A stretch of 64,000 nt of DNA from Macrostomum lignano (taxonomy: Eukaryota). The stretch covers positions 216,594 to 280,593 of the forward strand of contig NIVC01000700.1 in NCBI GenBank assembly GCA_002269645.1. Direction: 5' to 3'. Below are positions 1 through 11,529 of this stretch, one piece after another; positions within the stretch are counted from its first letter, which is position 1; each line of letters begins with the position of its first letter. The notes under the pieces are model-generated. The model had not been told where the DNA came from. It made no database searches and saw nothing but the letters and a program-made list of their open reading frames with translations. The position numbers were made by a program, and so were the translations under genes.

Positions 1-464
1 CAGCCCAGATCAATGCCGGGCGGAGCGTCGGGAAGCTGACTGGGCCTCGACGCCGCCTTGAGGAACAGCCGCATCTCGGTGGTGCGCTCCTCCAGGAACC
101 TGTTCATGAATTGCATGTAGGCCTCTTTGGCGCCGTACAGGGTACCATTGGCGAGATTCTGGATTGTCTTGGCGATGAGGGTGAGGGAACGCGCGGCCCG
201 CTGGCTCGGCAGCTCCTGGGTGAGCCCGAATAGGGTCGGGCCGAGGATGGCGGGGCAGAGCAGGCGCAGGAACAGGCTGGCGCTGACCAGGGTGTCGCCG
301 AGCTCGGGGCGTCGGGACTCAGCGAGGCGCTGGCGGATCAGCGCGAACAGGCGGCCGATCTCGGGCGGTACGGCCGGAGTCGAGGCCTGCACACGAGTCC
401 AGAACAGGTCGACGAATTCTCGAAGTCGGCGCTGATTGGCTGCTAGGGTGTCCGGGGCGTCCAC
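1..464 (-). CDS. RasGAP-domain exon (C-terminal part of GAP domain) of a SynGAP/DAB2IP/RASAL2-like gene; runs off the window start
   Basis: Manual translation VDAPDTLAANQRRLREFVDLFW...SASLFLRLLCPAILGPTLFGL...RAARSLTLIAKTIQNLAN..YGAKEAYMQFMNRFL contains the RasGAP FLR..CPAI..P and LTLIAK.IQNLAN motifs. Acceptor ctttag|GTG at 465/464 is phase 0, matching the upstream donor. Confidence 0.95.
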   Translation of the reverse strand, partial: MDAPDTLAANQRRLREFVDLFWTRVQASTPAVPPEIGRLFALIRQRLAESRRPELGDTLVSASLFLRLLCPAILGPTLFGLTQELPSQRAARSLTLIAKTIQNLANGTLYGAKEAYMQFMNRFLEERTTEMRLFLKAASRPSQLPDAPPGIDLG

Positions 465-529
465 CTAAAGTGAACGGCGAAAAGTACATGTACTTTTAAT
501 CTTTGTTGCAAAATTGCTATCTGTCCCCC

Positions 530-810
530 CATTTTCTCTCTGTCCTTCTTCCAAGTCTTATAAAACGTAAATTGGTTAAAATTCTCGATCGCCCCACAAG
601 CCAGTCATGCTAGAACTTTTCCATCTCTCGCTTTTTCTCTCTGCCCCTCTTCCAAGTCTTATCCAATGTACATTGGTTATCGATCGCCACTCAAGCCTGC
701 CATGCTAGAACTTTTTATCTCTTGCTTTTTCTCTCTGCCCCTCTTCTAAGTCTTATACAATGTACATTGGTTATCCATTGAAACTCAATCCAGCCATGGT
801 AGACCTTTCT
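530..810. repeat. Degenerate ~95-bp tandem repeat, about 3 copies, intronic
   Basis: Recurring CTCTCTGCCCCTCTTCCAAGTCTTAT...ATTGGTT...CATGCTAGAACTTTT blocks. Confidence 0.7.
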
Positions 811-1005
811 TAACTCCCTCTAACTTTCTACACCCTCATATTGATTTTTTTCAGTTCAATTCGACCTAAAATCCAATTTGAATTTAAATAAAACACCGCT
901 GAATTTCGCTCTGCTTCTCTATTTACAACCCCGAGATTAATTTACAAGCTGATTAGTAAAAGTTTGAATAAGAATGCTAGATTGACGTAGTGATAAATGA
1001 CGCAC

Positions 1006-1612
1006 CCGCTGGGGGTCCACCTCGCACTGCGGGTCATCTCTCAGCAGGATGCTGAGCGGCTCGGTCAGCACCCGGCGAAGATAGTCGCTGCCAACCAGCC
1101 GGAGGAAAAACTCCACCGCCTTGGTTGCTATGCTGTTGCCACGGAACACCAGCAAGTCGTTGGCGGAGGCAGAGAGCTCCTGCATCACCAGGCCAGTCAG
1201 CAGCTCCTGGGCGCCACCGTCAGCGTGAGCCACGGAGATCAGGCGTGCCGCCAGCTCCTCTTTGTCGCGAAGGTTCAGCCGCGGCTCCAGGGCGGCCACC
1301 AGAGGCTCAGCCTGCTGCATGAGGCACCGGTGCAGGCCTCTGTAGCACTGCAATGGTAGCACATCTATGCTGATGTAGTGCGAGCGGAGTCTGATGCACG
1401 GCTGCTGGGGTAGCTGCGGCTGTGGCTGCGGCTGCGGCTGCTGCTGCTGAGGCTGCTGAGGCGCCGCCAGCGAGTGCCATTGCTCAATGGCCGAGCCAAT
1501 GTCGTGCACTGGCAGGCGAACCTCACCAATCAGCTGATTCTTGTCCTTCTTTTTCTTTTTGTCCGCCTCGCGGAATAGCTTCACGGTTACTAGGGCGATG
1601 TCTTGCAGGTTG
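1006..1612 (-). CDS. Exon: end of C2 domain, polyQ linker and N-terminal half of RasGAP domain
   Basis: ORF 937..1584: KLFREADKKKKKDKNQLIGEVRLPV...LVFRGNSIATKAVEFFLRLVGSDYLRRVL...CEVDP, matching the SynGAP/DAB2IP pattern as recalled. Acceptor cgcag|C (phase 2) and donor CGG|GTGCGT (phase 0) keep frame with neighbouring exons. Confidence 0.93.
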
Positions 1613-1679
1613 CTGCGTTTGGGATCGGGGAGTTTGTCAGCTACAATGGTCTCTGAATTCTAATTGATAAGATTCGTTC

Positions 1680-2110
1680 CATTCCCATTCCTCCCATCCC
1701 CATTCCTTCCATCTCCATTCTTCCCATTCCCATTCTTCCCATTCCCATTCTTCCCATTCCCATTCTTCCCATTCCCATTCTTCTCATCTCTATACTTCTC
1801 ATTCCCATTCTTTCCTTTCCATTCTTCCCATTCCCATTCTTCCCATTCCCATTCTTCCCATTCCCATTCTTCTCATCTCTTTACTTCTCATTCCCATTCT
1901 TCCCATTCCCATTTTCCCATTCCCATTCTTCCCATTCCCATTCTTCTCATCTCTATACTTCTCATTCCCATTCTTTCCTTTCCATTCTTCCCATTCCCAT
2001 TCCCATTCTTCTCATGTCTATACTTCTCATTCCCATTCTTTCCTTTCCATTCTTCCCATTCCCATTCTTCCCATTCCCATTCTTCCCATCTCTATACTTC
2101 TCATTCCCAT
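1680..2110. repeat. (TTCCCA)-based compound microsatellite
   Basis: Runs of TTCCCATTCCCATTC with periodic TCTCATCTCTATACT inserts. Confidence 0.9.
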
Positions 2111-2163
2111 TCTTTCCTGTCCATTTGCATCATCTCAAATCCCAGCTTTTATCAAAATCTCAC

Positions 2164-2268
2164 CTGAACTCGAAAGGTTCGCCCCAGAACGGGTCAGAAT
2201 CCGCAGTCTTCTCCTTTGTAGTAGTCCTGGCGTACAGGATATGATCCAGGCAAATTTCGCAGAAGTAC
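2164..2268 (-). CDS. C2-domain exon
   Basis: Translates (R)[34 protein letters not shown](S), matching the SynGAP YYCELCLDDMLYARTTSK..FWGEHFEF motif. Bounded by ttcag|G and AG|GTGAG. Confidence 0.92.
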
Positions 2269-2365
2269 CTGAAGTGATTCAATAGTACACAGTACAATCA
2301 GATTTTTTCAGAGCGTTTGATATTAACCTAGAAAGTTAGATAAAATAGGGCTTCAGCTCGCTAAC

Positions 2366-2467
2366 CTCTTCTTTGGCGGCAGTCTTTTAGCCTCGAAGAT
2401 CCACAGCTTCAGCGAGTTGTCTCGATGGCGCGTGTTCTCCAGGTCGGGCCTGTTCACCTTCTTCAGG
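2366..2467 (-). CDS. PH/C2 junction exon
   Basis: LKKVNRPDLENTRHRDNSLKLWIFEAKRLPPKK(R) versus SynGAP DNVLKLWIIEARELPPKKR. Bounded by ctgcag|C and AG|GTTAG. Confidence 0.88.
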
Positions 2468-3160
2468 CTGCAGCGAAGGTTGGATGCGAAAGTTACCCTT
2501 TATAGTTCCTGCAGTTGCTTGAAGAGATTTTTAGCATACGTAAACCAGCACTGGAACTCCTAAGGAGATAAAAAATCATTAAAATCATAATAACGCTACA
2601 AATGAAGAGAACTCAGTGGATTGCCGTACATCAGCGACCCTGTCCAGATTCTGTGCCCGCCGCCAGATCCATTTGTTGACGCCATTGCAGTCCAGCCGCG
2701 AGTCAGCTGAGCATTTTTGCGTTTAATGCCGCCGTCTCACTCTCTCTCCCTTATGCGGGCTGACCCAACTGGTCTATCGGATTTAAAGCTCCCCTCAACT
2801 GTGGGGCTGTTGGCAATTTTTGCAACAGCTCTTCTTGTGCGGTCAGGGCTCGGCTCTCGCCCGCGGGACAGCGAACAGCTTTATTACTAATATTAGTACG
2901 CTCGTACGAGCGTATAATTATAGACAGGCCAGCCAACCATGGCTGTCGGGCAGGCAGACAAGATACTGCACCCCCGCCCCCCCCCCAGCTACCAAAGCAC
3001 CTATGGCTGCAGTTTCAGGGCTATTGCGCTCTGCTGTCTGCCTTGGAGAGAAAGAGAGGAGAGGAGAGAGGAGGGAGAAGGGTGGAGAGGCACAAGTTGA
3101 AGGCCTGTGCGCTAAACCCCTTTCCCTCACTCCCTTCTATACTGGTTCTCTCCCACTAAC

Positions 3161-3218
3161 CTCAATCTGGTGCTGCGTACTTCTAAAAACACTGCAGAGG
3201 GGGCGAATTATTGGCAGG
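3161..3218 (-). CDS. Short PH-domain exon
   Basis: LPIIRPLCSVFRSTQHQIE aligns without gaps to SynGAP IIKPVHSSILGQEFCFE. Sites cccttag|C (phase 2) and GAG|GTTAGT. The next small PH exon(s) between 2468 and 3160 could not be resolved. Confidence 0.6.
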
Positions 3219-3754
3219 CTAAGGGCTGGCTGATTCCCTAATCCCAACAGCCTGGCGCTGACCTCGCCGGGACAAGATCCTGATCCCACACTCCCTAGAA
3301 TATTCCCTGCCTTAGTTCCCACTCTCTCAACTTTCATTCGACTGGCTGAATTGCACCTCTCCTCCCGCTCTGGCCCCACCACTCTCCCTAGCTGCTTCTA
3401 ATTCAAACAATTCAAGAATGCAAATTGCACGTGCCCCGGGCACAGATAGAGTTTGGATCGACAGGGAAAGTGCAAAGCTTTCCAAACCCGTTTTGCTGTT
3501 TGGCCCTTTTCCGAGTTTTAAGCCCTGCTTAGCTTAAAGTAAACACAATAGGTCCGATGCAAGTCTGGGACTGCTTTAACCAGTTGGCACTTGGCAGGTG
3601 TCTCTGACTTCAACCTCACAGGTTAATAAAGGCTTTTCACGTTCTTAGCATAAAAACAGATGTTTCTCATTGCCTGAACATTCAAACTGCATATGCAAGT
3701 GGTCCTGGGTTCGATTCTTTTCGTTCTTTCACATGTTAGCTTTGTTTAACTTAC

Positions 3755-3911
3755 CGATCGCTGAAACTGGACGGGTGAGGCTGAAGCTGCTGCTGTTGCT
3801 GCTGATGGTGCGGCGATGGACCGATGAGGGACTCGTGAGACTGGGCTGAGCGCAGCATCCCACTGAGGGTGGTTTGAGAGGAATTATGCTCTGGGATGAG
3901 ATTCAGATCTC
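3755..3911 (-). CDS. Exon with SHESL motif; 5' boundary lies inside the 21-bp minisatellite
   Basis: DLNLIPEHNSSQTTLSGMLRSAQSHESLIGPSPHHQQQ...SFSD(R); SHESL is conserved in the SynGAP family. Donor CG|GTAAGT is phase 2 and fits the 3218 acceptor. Acceptor position is uncertain. Confidence 0.7.
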
Positions 3912-4494
3912 CTACAGTGAGATTTAGATCTCCTACAGTGAGATTCAGATCTCTTACAGTGAGATTCAGATCTCTTACAGTGAGATTCAGATCTCTTACA
4001 GTGAGATTCAGATCTCCTACAGTGAGATTCAGATCTCGTACAGTGAGATTCAGATCTCCTTCAGATCTCCTACAGTGAGATTCAGTTCTCGTACAGTGAG
4101 ATTCAGATCTCCTACAGATCTCCTACAGTGAGATTCAGATCTCCTACAGATCTCCTACAGTGAGATTTAGATCTCCTACAGTGAGATTCAGATCTCCTTC
4201 AGATCTCCTACAGTGAGATTCAGATCTCCTACAGTGAGATTCAGATCTCCTACAGTGAGATTCAGATCTCCTTCAGATCTCCTACAGTGAGATTCAGATC
4301 TCCTTCAGATCTCCTACAGTGAGATTCAGATCTCCTTCAGATCTCCTACAGTGAGATTCAGATCTCTTACAGTGAGATTCAGATCTCTTACAGTGAGATT
4401 CAGATCTCCTACAGTGAGATTCAGATCTCTTACAGTGAGATTCAGATCTCTTACAGTGAGATTCAGATCTCTTACAGTGAGATTCAGATCTCCA
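3896..4494. repeat. 21-bp minisatellite AGATCTCCTACAGTGAGATTC with 11-bp partial units
   Basis: Directly visible tandem units, each containing AGATCT. Confidence 0.95.
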
Positions 4495-5142
4495 GTGGGA
4501 CCCAGAGCTCTCGTATTGAAAGCAGAAACAAGAAATTTTTTTCGAGAATTCACAGCCATATTTTCATTCACCATTGCGCTCGGCAGAATGGTAGAAGATC
4601 TGAGAACTGCACAAAATTCATTCCCACATGAGAGCTGAGTCAGATAGCCTCGCTCGAATTCTAATTTTTTTGGCTTTTATTGCAAGTTTTTTCTCTCAGT
4701 CAGAAAAGCGTGGGTGGATGAGGCGCCGCCATGGTCCGAGGAAATAATAAATTACTAGCTCAGCTTCATGCCCTTCTCATGCTTGCAGCTCATTCAAAAC
4801 GATTGGGGGGGGCATGCGCGCACGCGGAGAAAAGAGTGCAGTTTGCAAACACCAATTAATGGTTTCTAGTCGCACTTAAACTCTATTTTAGTAGTAGTCT
4901 ACTATGAGTAGAAATGCTGGGTTTTTGTCAACAAATAATCTATCAGGGTGTTAATTTCACGGGAAACTTTGAATAAATGTTAGTCAGTTAGTAAATTATG
5001 TTTATAACTTCACACAAAACAAATATCAATGTGAAACAGTGGTGGTTACACAATTGGATCAAATATTTACTGAAAATAGAGTACTCATAATCTATTGACA
5101 GAGGCAAGAAAAGACATAAGAATAGTTTTGAGATGGGAGTCG

Positions 5143-5658
5143 GGCTGAGATGAGATCAGAGCTGAGATGAGATCAGAGCTGAGATGAGATCAGAGCTGAG
5201 ATGAGATCAGAGCTGAGATGAGATCAGAGCTGAGATGAGATCAGAGCTGAGATGAGATCAGAGCTGAGATGAGATCAGAGCTGAGATGAGATCAGAGCTG
5301 AGATGAGATCAGAGCTGAGATGAGATCAGAGCTGAGATGAGATCAGAGCTGAGATGAGATCAGAGCTGAGATGAGATCAGAGCTGAGATGAGATCAGAGC
5401 TGAGATGAGATCAGAGCTGAGATGAGATCAGAGCTGAGATGAGATCAGAGCTGAGATGAGATCAGAGCTGAGATGAGATCAGAGCTGAGATGAGATCAGA
5501 GCTGAGATGAGATCAGAGCTGAGATGAGATCAGAGCTGAGATGAGATCAGAGCTGAGATGAGATCAGAGCTGAGATGAGATCAGAGCTGAGATGAGATCA
5601 GAGCTGAGATGAGATCAGAGCTGAGATGAGATCAGAGCTGAGATGAGATCAGAGCTGA
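5143..5658. repeat. 17-bp perfect minisatellite GCTGAGATGAGATCAGA, ~30 copies
   Basis: Invariant tandem units. Confidence 0.97.
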
Positions 5659-5663
5659 CTCAC

Positions 5664-6141
5664 AACTCCAGCGGTTCGCCCGGCACGGCCAGGTGGCTGG
5701 GCCGGTAACTGTGGGCCTCGATGCCGGACCCTCCAGATGCTGAGGCCTCCATGCGGAAGCTTCCGCCGCCGCCGCTACCACCGTAACCAGCGCCGATCGG
5801 CAGGCAGCTGCTTGCCACCCGGTCGGAGGAGGCCGGAGAGACGCCGCCAGCAAGGCGGTGCCGATTTCGCAGCATCGGCTGCTGCTGCTGCTGCTGCTGC
5901 TGCTGCGCAGACTCGATGGAGCATTCGAGGCAGCCACCAGCCGCGCTGGTTGCTGGAGGAGGCGGCGGCTGCGGCAGAACGGGGCCGGAGCTGGCCGAGC
6001 GGGGAAACTGGCTGGCCGGGTGATGGAGCTGCTGCTGCTGCTGCTGACCGTAGTAGCTGGGTTGATCGATTTGGGAGATTCGGGCATGCAGGACTGGGGT
6101 GTGGCAGACACTGCACTGGAAGCATGCGGTTGCATCCGACC
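5664..6141 (-). CDS. Probable low-complexity (Gln/Ser/Pro-rich) exon of the RasGAP gene; reading frame ambiguous
   Basis: GC-rich, CAG-repeat-rich unique island between two satellites. Two frames are open across it, and a strong donor TT|GTGAGT lies at 5663. Phases with neighbouring exons could not be fully reconciled. Confidence 0.55.
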
Positions 6142-6147
6142 CTATCC

Positions 6148-6615
6148 ATTCTATTGTACTCTGTTCTATTCTATTCTATTCTATTCTATTCTATTCTATT
6201 CTATTCTATTCTATTCTATTCTATTCTATTTTATTCTATTCTATTCTATTCTATTCTATTCTATTCTATTCTATTCTATTCTATTCTATTCTATTCTATT
6301 CTATTCTATTCTATTCTATTCTATTCTATTCTATTCTATTCTATTCTATTCTATTCTATTCTATTCTATTCTATTCTATTCTATTCTATTCTATTCTATT
6401 CTATTCTATTCTATTCTATTCTATTCTATTCTATTCTATTCTATTCTATTCTATTCTATTCTATTCTATTCTATTCTATTCTATTCTATTCTATTCTATT
6501 CTATTCTATTCTATTCTATTCTATTCTATTCTATTCTATTCTATTCTATTCTATTCTATTCTATTCTATTCTATTCTATTCTATTCTATTCTATTCTATT
6601 CTATTCTATTCTATT
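6148..6615. repeat. (CTATT)n pentanucleotide, ~90 copies
   Basis: Near-perfect run with one CTATT>TTATT variant. Confidence 0.98.
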
Positions 6616-6746
6616 CCTATTTTCACTCGCACTACTTGAAGTAGAAAACTTTTTCATGCAAACAGCACTAAGCATTCGTGCAAGTATATTTATCATAAAA
6701 AAGAAATCTACACTTCTTTACTTTGTAACACTTTCATTGAACTCAC

Positions 6747-6880
6747 TGCTGCTGCTGCTGCTGCAGGTTGTACAGGTGACTGCGACTGTCTGTGCCAAGA
6801 AGGGCACTCTGGGTCATTGCCAGCTGTTGCTGCTGCTGTTGTTGCATCAACAGTTGCTGGAGTTTCATCTGTTGTTCGTA

Positions 6881-6944
<64 letters not shown>

Positions 6945-7012
6945 GTCTTCTTCTTATTGTCTAACTTTGATGAACTTTTGGCTCGTTTGATGCCAATTCC
7001 GCGAAAGATGCT
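6747..7012 (-). CDS. Exon with IKRAKSSSKLD motif and long polyQ
   Basis: SIFRGIGIKRAKSSSKLDNKKKTQQQ... resembles SynGAP/DAB2IP IKRTKSQPKLD. Acceptor tttcgcag|AGC (phase 0), donor CA|GTGAGT. Confidence 0.75.
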
Positions 7013-7811
7013 CTGCGAAACGTTTATTTTAGCCATGCATGTTTATTTTTTTAATCAATAAATTTAACTCAGTAAAACTATTAGTTCTGATAGGTCTTCG
7101 ATGTTCACTCGAAAATTGAAGCAACTAATCCCAGGTTCGTACTATCTAAATAACTAATAGTGACTGCTATTACTATTCATTATCTACTGAGTAGTTATTT
7201 TGCAGGAGGCTTTGAGCGCTGTTGCTCACACAGGCTGTACACAGGCCTTGACTTTCTAATCGTAAACCCGTGTACACGTACGAGATTGACTGAGATTTTC
7301 TAGGACTTGACCGCAGATACTAGAATAACTAGATGGGCCACTCAGCACATTTGCGTGTAAGCTACTTTCAGTTCAGTAGTAAGTTAAACAGCAGCATTTT
7401 TATGTAATTTTAAAGCCAAGGCTCATTAATTGGCTCTCCCCAGTTTAAACCCTCCAATCGACCCCGGCCCCACCCGCCCCAATTTTTATTGCCTTTCTCA
7501 GAATTCCAGCCTAAAGCTGCCATGTACATTTCAGTGGACTGGCTAATGTACATTGCTGCTGAACCAATTAGCAAGCTGTTTACGCGCCTGCAAGCTTGGG
7601 CTTCTAAACTTATCAGTCATTTTAGCTGCCTTTATTTCTATAAAATAGCTTCTGTATTCTTCTTTACTACTGAACTGAAAGTAGAAAGCTGTTTTGCTAA
7701 GTATTTATGCTGTCTGAGTGGCCCATCTAGTTATTTTAGTATCTGTGGACTTGACAAGCTTGTGAGCAGAAACAGCAGCAAGCAAAAGCAGACTTGCAGC
7801 AATTAACGCAC

Positions 7812-7969
7812 CTTGATTTTGCTGCCTGTCGCAGGCTTGTCGCTGTTGGCGCCTCCTGCACCGCTGCTAGCAGACATCCCGGATGCTCCAGCCGGCATCT
7901 GCTGCTGGTTCCGTCTCCAGCTCGGGTCGAAGTGGGCGCCAGACACTCCAGTTGAATCAGCGGAAGAGT
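7812..7969 (-). CDS. N-terminal exon of RasGAP gene
   Basis: tcttcgcag|AC...SSADSTGVSGAHFDPSWRRNQQQMP...TGSKIK|GTGCGT. The phase-0 donor matches the 7012 acceptor. Confidence 0.6.
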
Positions 7970-8644
7970 CTGCGAAGATAACAAAGGCATTGATTGTTTT
8001 CAAATATTTCTCGCAGTTTGCTAATACGCATTATTCTCACCTGGAAATAAATATGTATAGGAAAGTTTTAATTGAGATTCTTGGTCGTGACGTAACATCT
8101 CTATGATTGCAGCCGTATTATTTGTAAATTTTTCTAGGAGAGTGCTTGGAGGGAAGCACTGGCCTATTGAGGATGCATGGAATGGCTTATATATGCATAG
8201 AATTTGCCCAACCCTGCACTGCCTTCCTCTCTACCCCCCCCCCCCACACACACAAACACGCACTGCACTCCCAGGTACTGGCGTTGGCTTTTCAGGGCCA
8301 AATTTGACTTGCGCCACCTGAACGGGCATTTGGCTAGCAGTTGCTGGGATTTTCATTTCCATCTATTGCCTGGTTATCCCCCTTCCTCAGGGGGGGGGAG
8401 GCTGGGGAGTCACGGCGAGAGATCCGCATCCCGCGTCAATGCAAATCTGCGCACATAGTACAGGCCTCCACTCTGCCAGACAGACTGATTAAGAGGATAA
8501 TTACGGGGCTAGTTCAAGGACTACTAACAAGTAGATGGACTGGGATTGAAAAGGTTTCTTGGAATTGAAAAATAGAAAAGCTATTCTGCTATCGTATACT
8601 GAAAGAAACTAAATTAATTGGTCCCAGTTATTGAAAGGGACTTG

Positions 8645-9432
8645 AGTAAAGATACCATCTAATTTGAGTACGACACCATCTAATTTGAGTAAGACACCAT
8701 CTAATCTAAGTAAGTAAGACATCATCTAATTTGAGTAAGACACCATCTAATTTGAGTAAGACACCATCTAATTTGAGTAAGACACCATCTAATTTGAGTA
8801 AGACACCATCTAATTTGAGTAAGACTAACATCTAATTTAAGTAAGACACCATCTAATTTGAGTAAGACTAACATCTAATTTGAGTAAGACACCATCTAAT
8901 TTGAGTAAGACTAACATCTAATTTAAGTAAGACACCATCTAATTTGAGTAAGACTAACATCTAATTTGAGTAAGACTAACATCTAATTTAAGTAAGACAC
9001 CATCTAATTTGAGTAAGACAAACATCTAATTTGAGTAAGACTAACATATAATTTAAGTAAGACACCATCTAATTTGAGTAAGACACCATCTAATTTGAGT
9101 AAGACTAACATCTAATTTAAGTAAGACACCATCTAATTTGAGTAAGACACCATCTAATTTGAGTAAGACACCATCTAATTTGAGTAAGACTAACATCTAA
9201 TTTGAGTAAGACTAACATATAATTTAAGTAAGACACCATCTAATTTCAGTAAGACACCATCTAATTTGAGTAAGACTAACATATAATTTAAGTAAGACAC
9301 CATCTAATTTGAGTAAGACACCATCTAATTTGAGTAAGACACCATCTAATTTGAGTAAGACACCATCTAATTTGAGTAAGACTAACATCTAATTTGAGTA
9401 AGACACCATCTAATTTGAGTAAGACACCATCT
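8645..9432. repeat. 21/22-bp minisatellite GAGTAAGACACCATCTAATTT
   Basis: Tandem units with CACC/CTAAC variants. Confidence 0.95.
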
Positions 9433-9849
9433 CATCCATTTCTGATTCTTCTTTGATTATCATTTTCAGCTGCATTTCATAATTTGGCGTGCGGTCAGCC
9501 TCACAGCAGACCAATGCTGCTGAATTATTAATTACCTGGCTGGGAGGCGGCTGGCTGACGGGGTTGCGCCCGCCCAGACTGTCGCCATTTGCTCACTCAA
9601 TCTCTATGATGAGGCGGCATTGAGCAGGTTTTCATTGTCATAAATTGTGCCTGTGACTGGGGGGGGGGCGGTGTGTGGAGAACGAGTGCTGGAGCACTCC
9701 CGGGGTCGAAGCCCTGATTAGGGTGAGACAGGTGAATGGATGCGGCCACAAGGGAGAGACAGATTGGAGGGAGAATAGGTAAATGGGGATGAAATGGATA
9801 GGAGACAGCGATGGGAGTGCAAGGGAGTCACACAGAGACTGCGGTGAGA

Positions 9850-10600
9850 GTCAGGAGAATAAGGCTGAGAGTCAGGAGAATAAGGTTGAGAATAGGGTGA
9901 GAGTCAGGAAAATAAGAGTGAGAGTCAGGAGAATAAGGGTGAGAGTCAGGAGAATAAGGGTGAGAGTCAGGATAATAAAGGTGAGAGTCAGGAGAATAAG
10001 GGTGTGAGTCAGGATAATAAGGTTGAGAATAGGGTGAGAGTCAGGATAATAAGGTTGAGAATAGGGTGAGAGTCAGGAGAATAAGGTTGAGAATAAGGTG
10101 AGAGTCAGGATAATAAGGTTGAGAATAGGGCGAGAGTCAGGAGAATAAGGTTGAGAATAAGGTGAGAGTCAGGATAATAAGGTTGAGAATAGGGTGAGAA
10201 TCAGGAGAATAAGGTTGAGAATAAGGTGAGAGTCAGGATAATAAGGTTGAGAATATGGCGAGAGTCAGGAGAATAAGGTTGAGAATAAGGTGAGAGTCAG
10301 GATAATAAGGTTGAGAATAGGGCGAGAGTCAGGAGAATAAGGTTGAGAATAGGGTGAGAGTCAGGATAATAAGGTTGAGAATAGGGTGAGAGTCAGGATA
10401 ATAAGGTTGAGAATAGGGTGAGAGTCAGGAGAATAAGGTTGAGAATAGGGTGAGATTCAGGAGAATATAAGGGTGAGAATATGGTGAGAGTCAGGAGAAT
10501 AAGGTTGAGAGTCAGGAGAATAAGGTTGAGAGTCAGGAGAATAAGGGTAAAATTCAGGAGAATAAGGTTGAAAATAGGGTGAGAGTCAGGAGGATAAAGG
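9850..10600. repeat. Purine-rich compound minisatellite (GAGAATAAGGTT / GAGAATAGGGT / GAGAGTCAG)
   Basis: Visible tandem sub-units. Confidence 0.9.
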
Positions 10601-11529
10601 GAGAGGAAAGGTGAGAGGCCGGCAGTCACTGCAATGAGCAAAGACAAAGAGAATAAATGGGTTGAATAGTTAGTCTACAAATTCACAGACAGCCAGTGTC
10701 TGCAGCAGTCAAATATCAAATATGCCCAGCATGCGGGAGCTCCCAGTAAAACTCTGCGTCCCACTCAGTCCAAAGCGAACCAGCTGGTCTCACTAAGTAT
10801 GGCTAAGTTATAGCTGGAGTAAGGATAGGATGCGTCATACTCAAGTTAGTTGGTTGATTTATTGATTTTTCAGCTGTCAAACAGGCAGCATAGCGAAATT
10901 TCATGTTTTTTCAATTTGAATTTGTTAACAATGAGTGAATCATTGTTTGTGGATAATAATATGTATAAAAGAGAATGGTTTTTCTTTTATTTCTACTGAC
11001 CATCAGTAGTGTAGTTAGCACGCGTGGAAAAGTTTATTTCGGCAATAAAGTCGGACCCAATTACACTTGAGGGTGGAATGATTTACAGCCCCGATCAGTT
11101 GGTTGCACAGGAAGAGTGCAATAGGAGGGCAGAGGGGCCGGTGCTGACAGGTTTACACCCCAGAATCGGTCAAGTATTGGCAAGAAAGGGGGACCAGTTT
11201 ATCAGCTAAAATTTGCACAGAAAAGTGCAGAAAAGTTGGTCGCAACCAATCTCCCAGATGATAATTAGCGGTGGATGTCGACCGGAGCGCGAAAGAATGG
11301 CTGGTGCAGGTTGGTTCTGCCAATAATTTATAGCTGCTACCGTTTGGTAGCTTTTGCCTCCGATTTATTTACTTATTAATGATCCCCTCCATTAGGCACT
11401 CGACTCTTGCTACAGCTCTAGCCCGTGAATGGTTCATCTTACTCATTAAGCTCGTGTGATAAGAGCGGGGTCACTAATCTTTAACCATTATTTTGTTTAT
11501 CACCCCTGCAAATCCCACTTTGTTCTCCC

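Noticed and set aside
127-1667. + strand ORFs 127..435, 997..1359 and 1422..1667
   Set aside because: Antisense shadows of GC-rich RasGAP exons.
5737-6964. + strand ORFs with (ILFYS)n and poly-L
   Set aside because: Products of (CTATT)n and the antisense of CAG exons.
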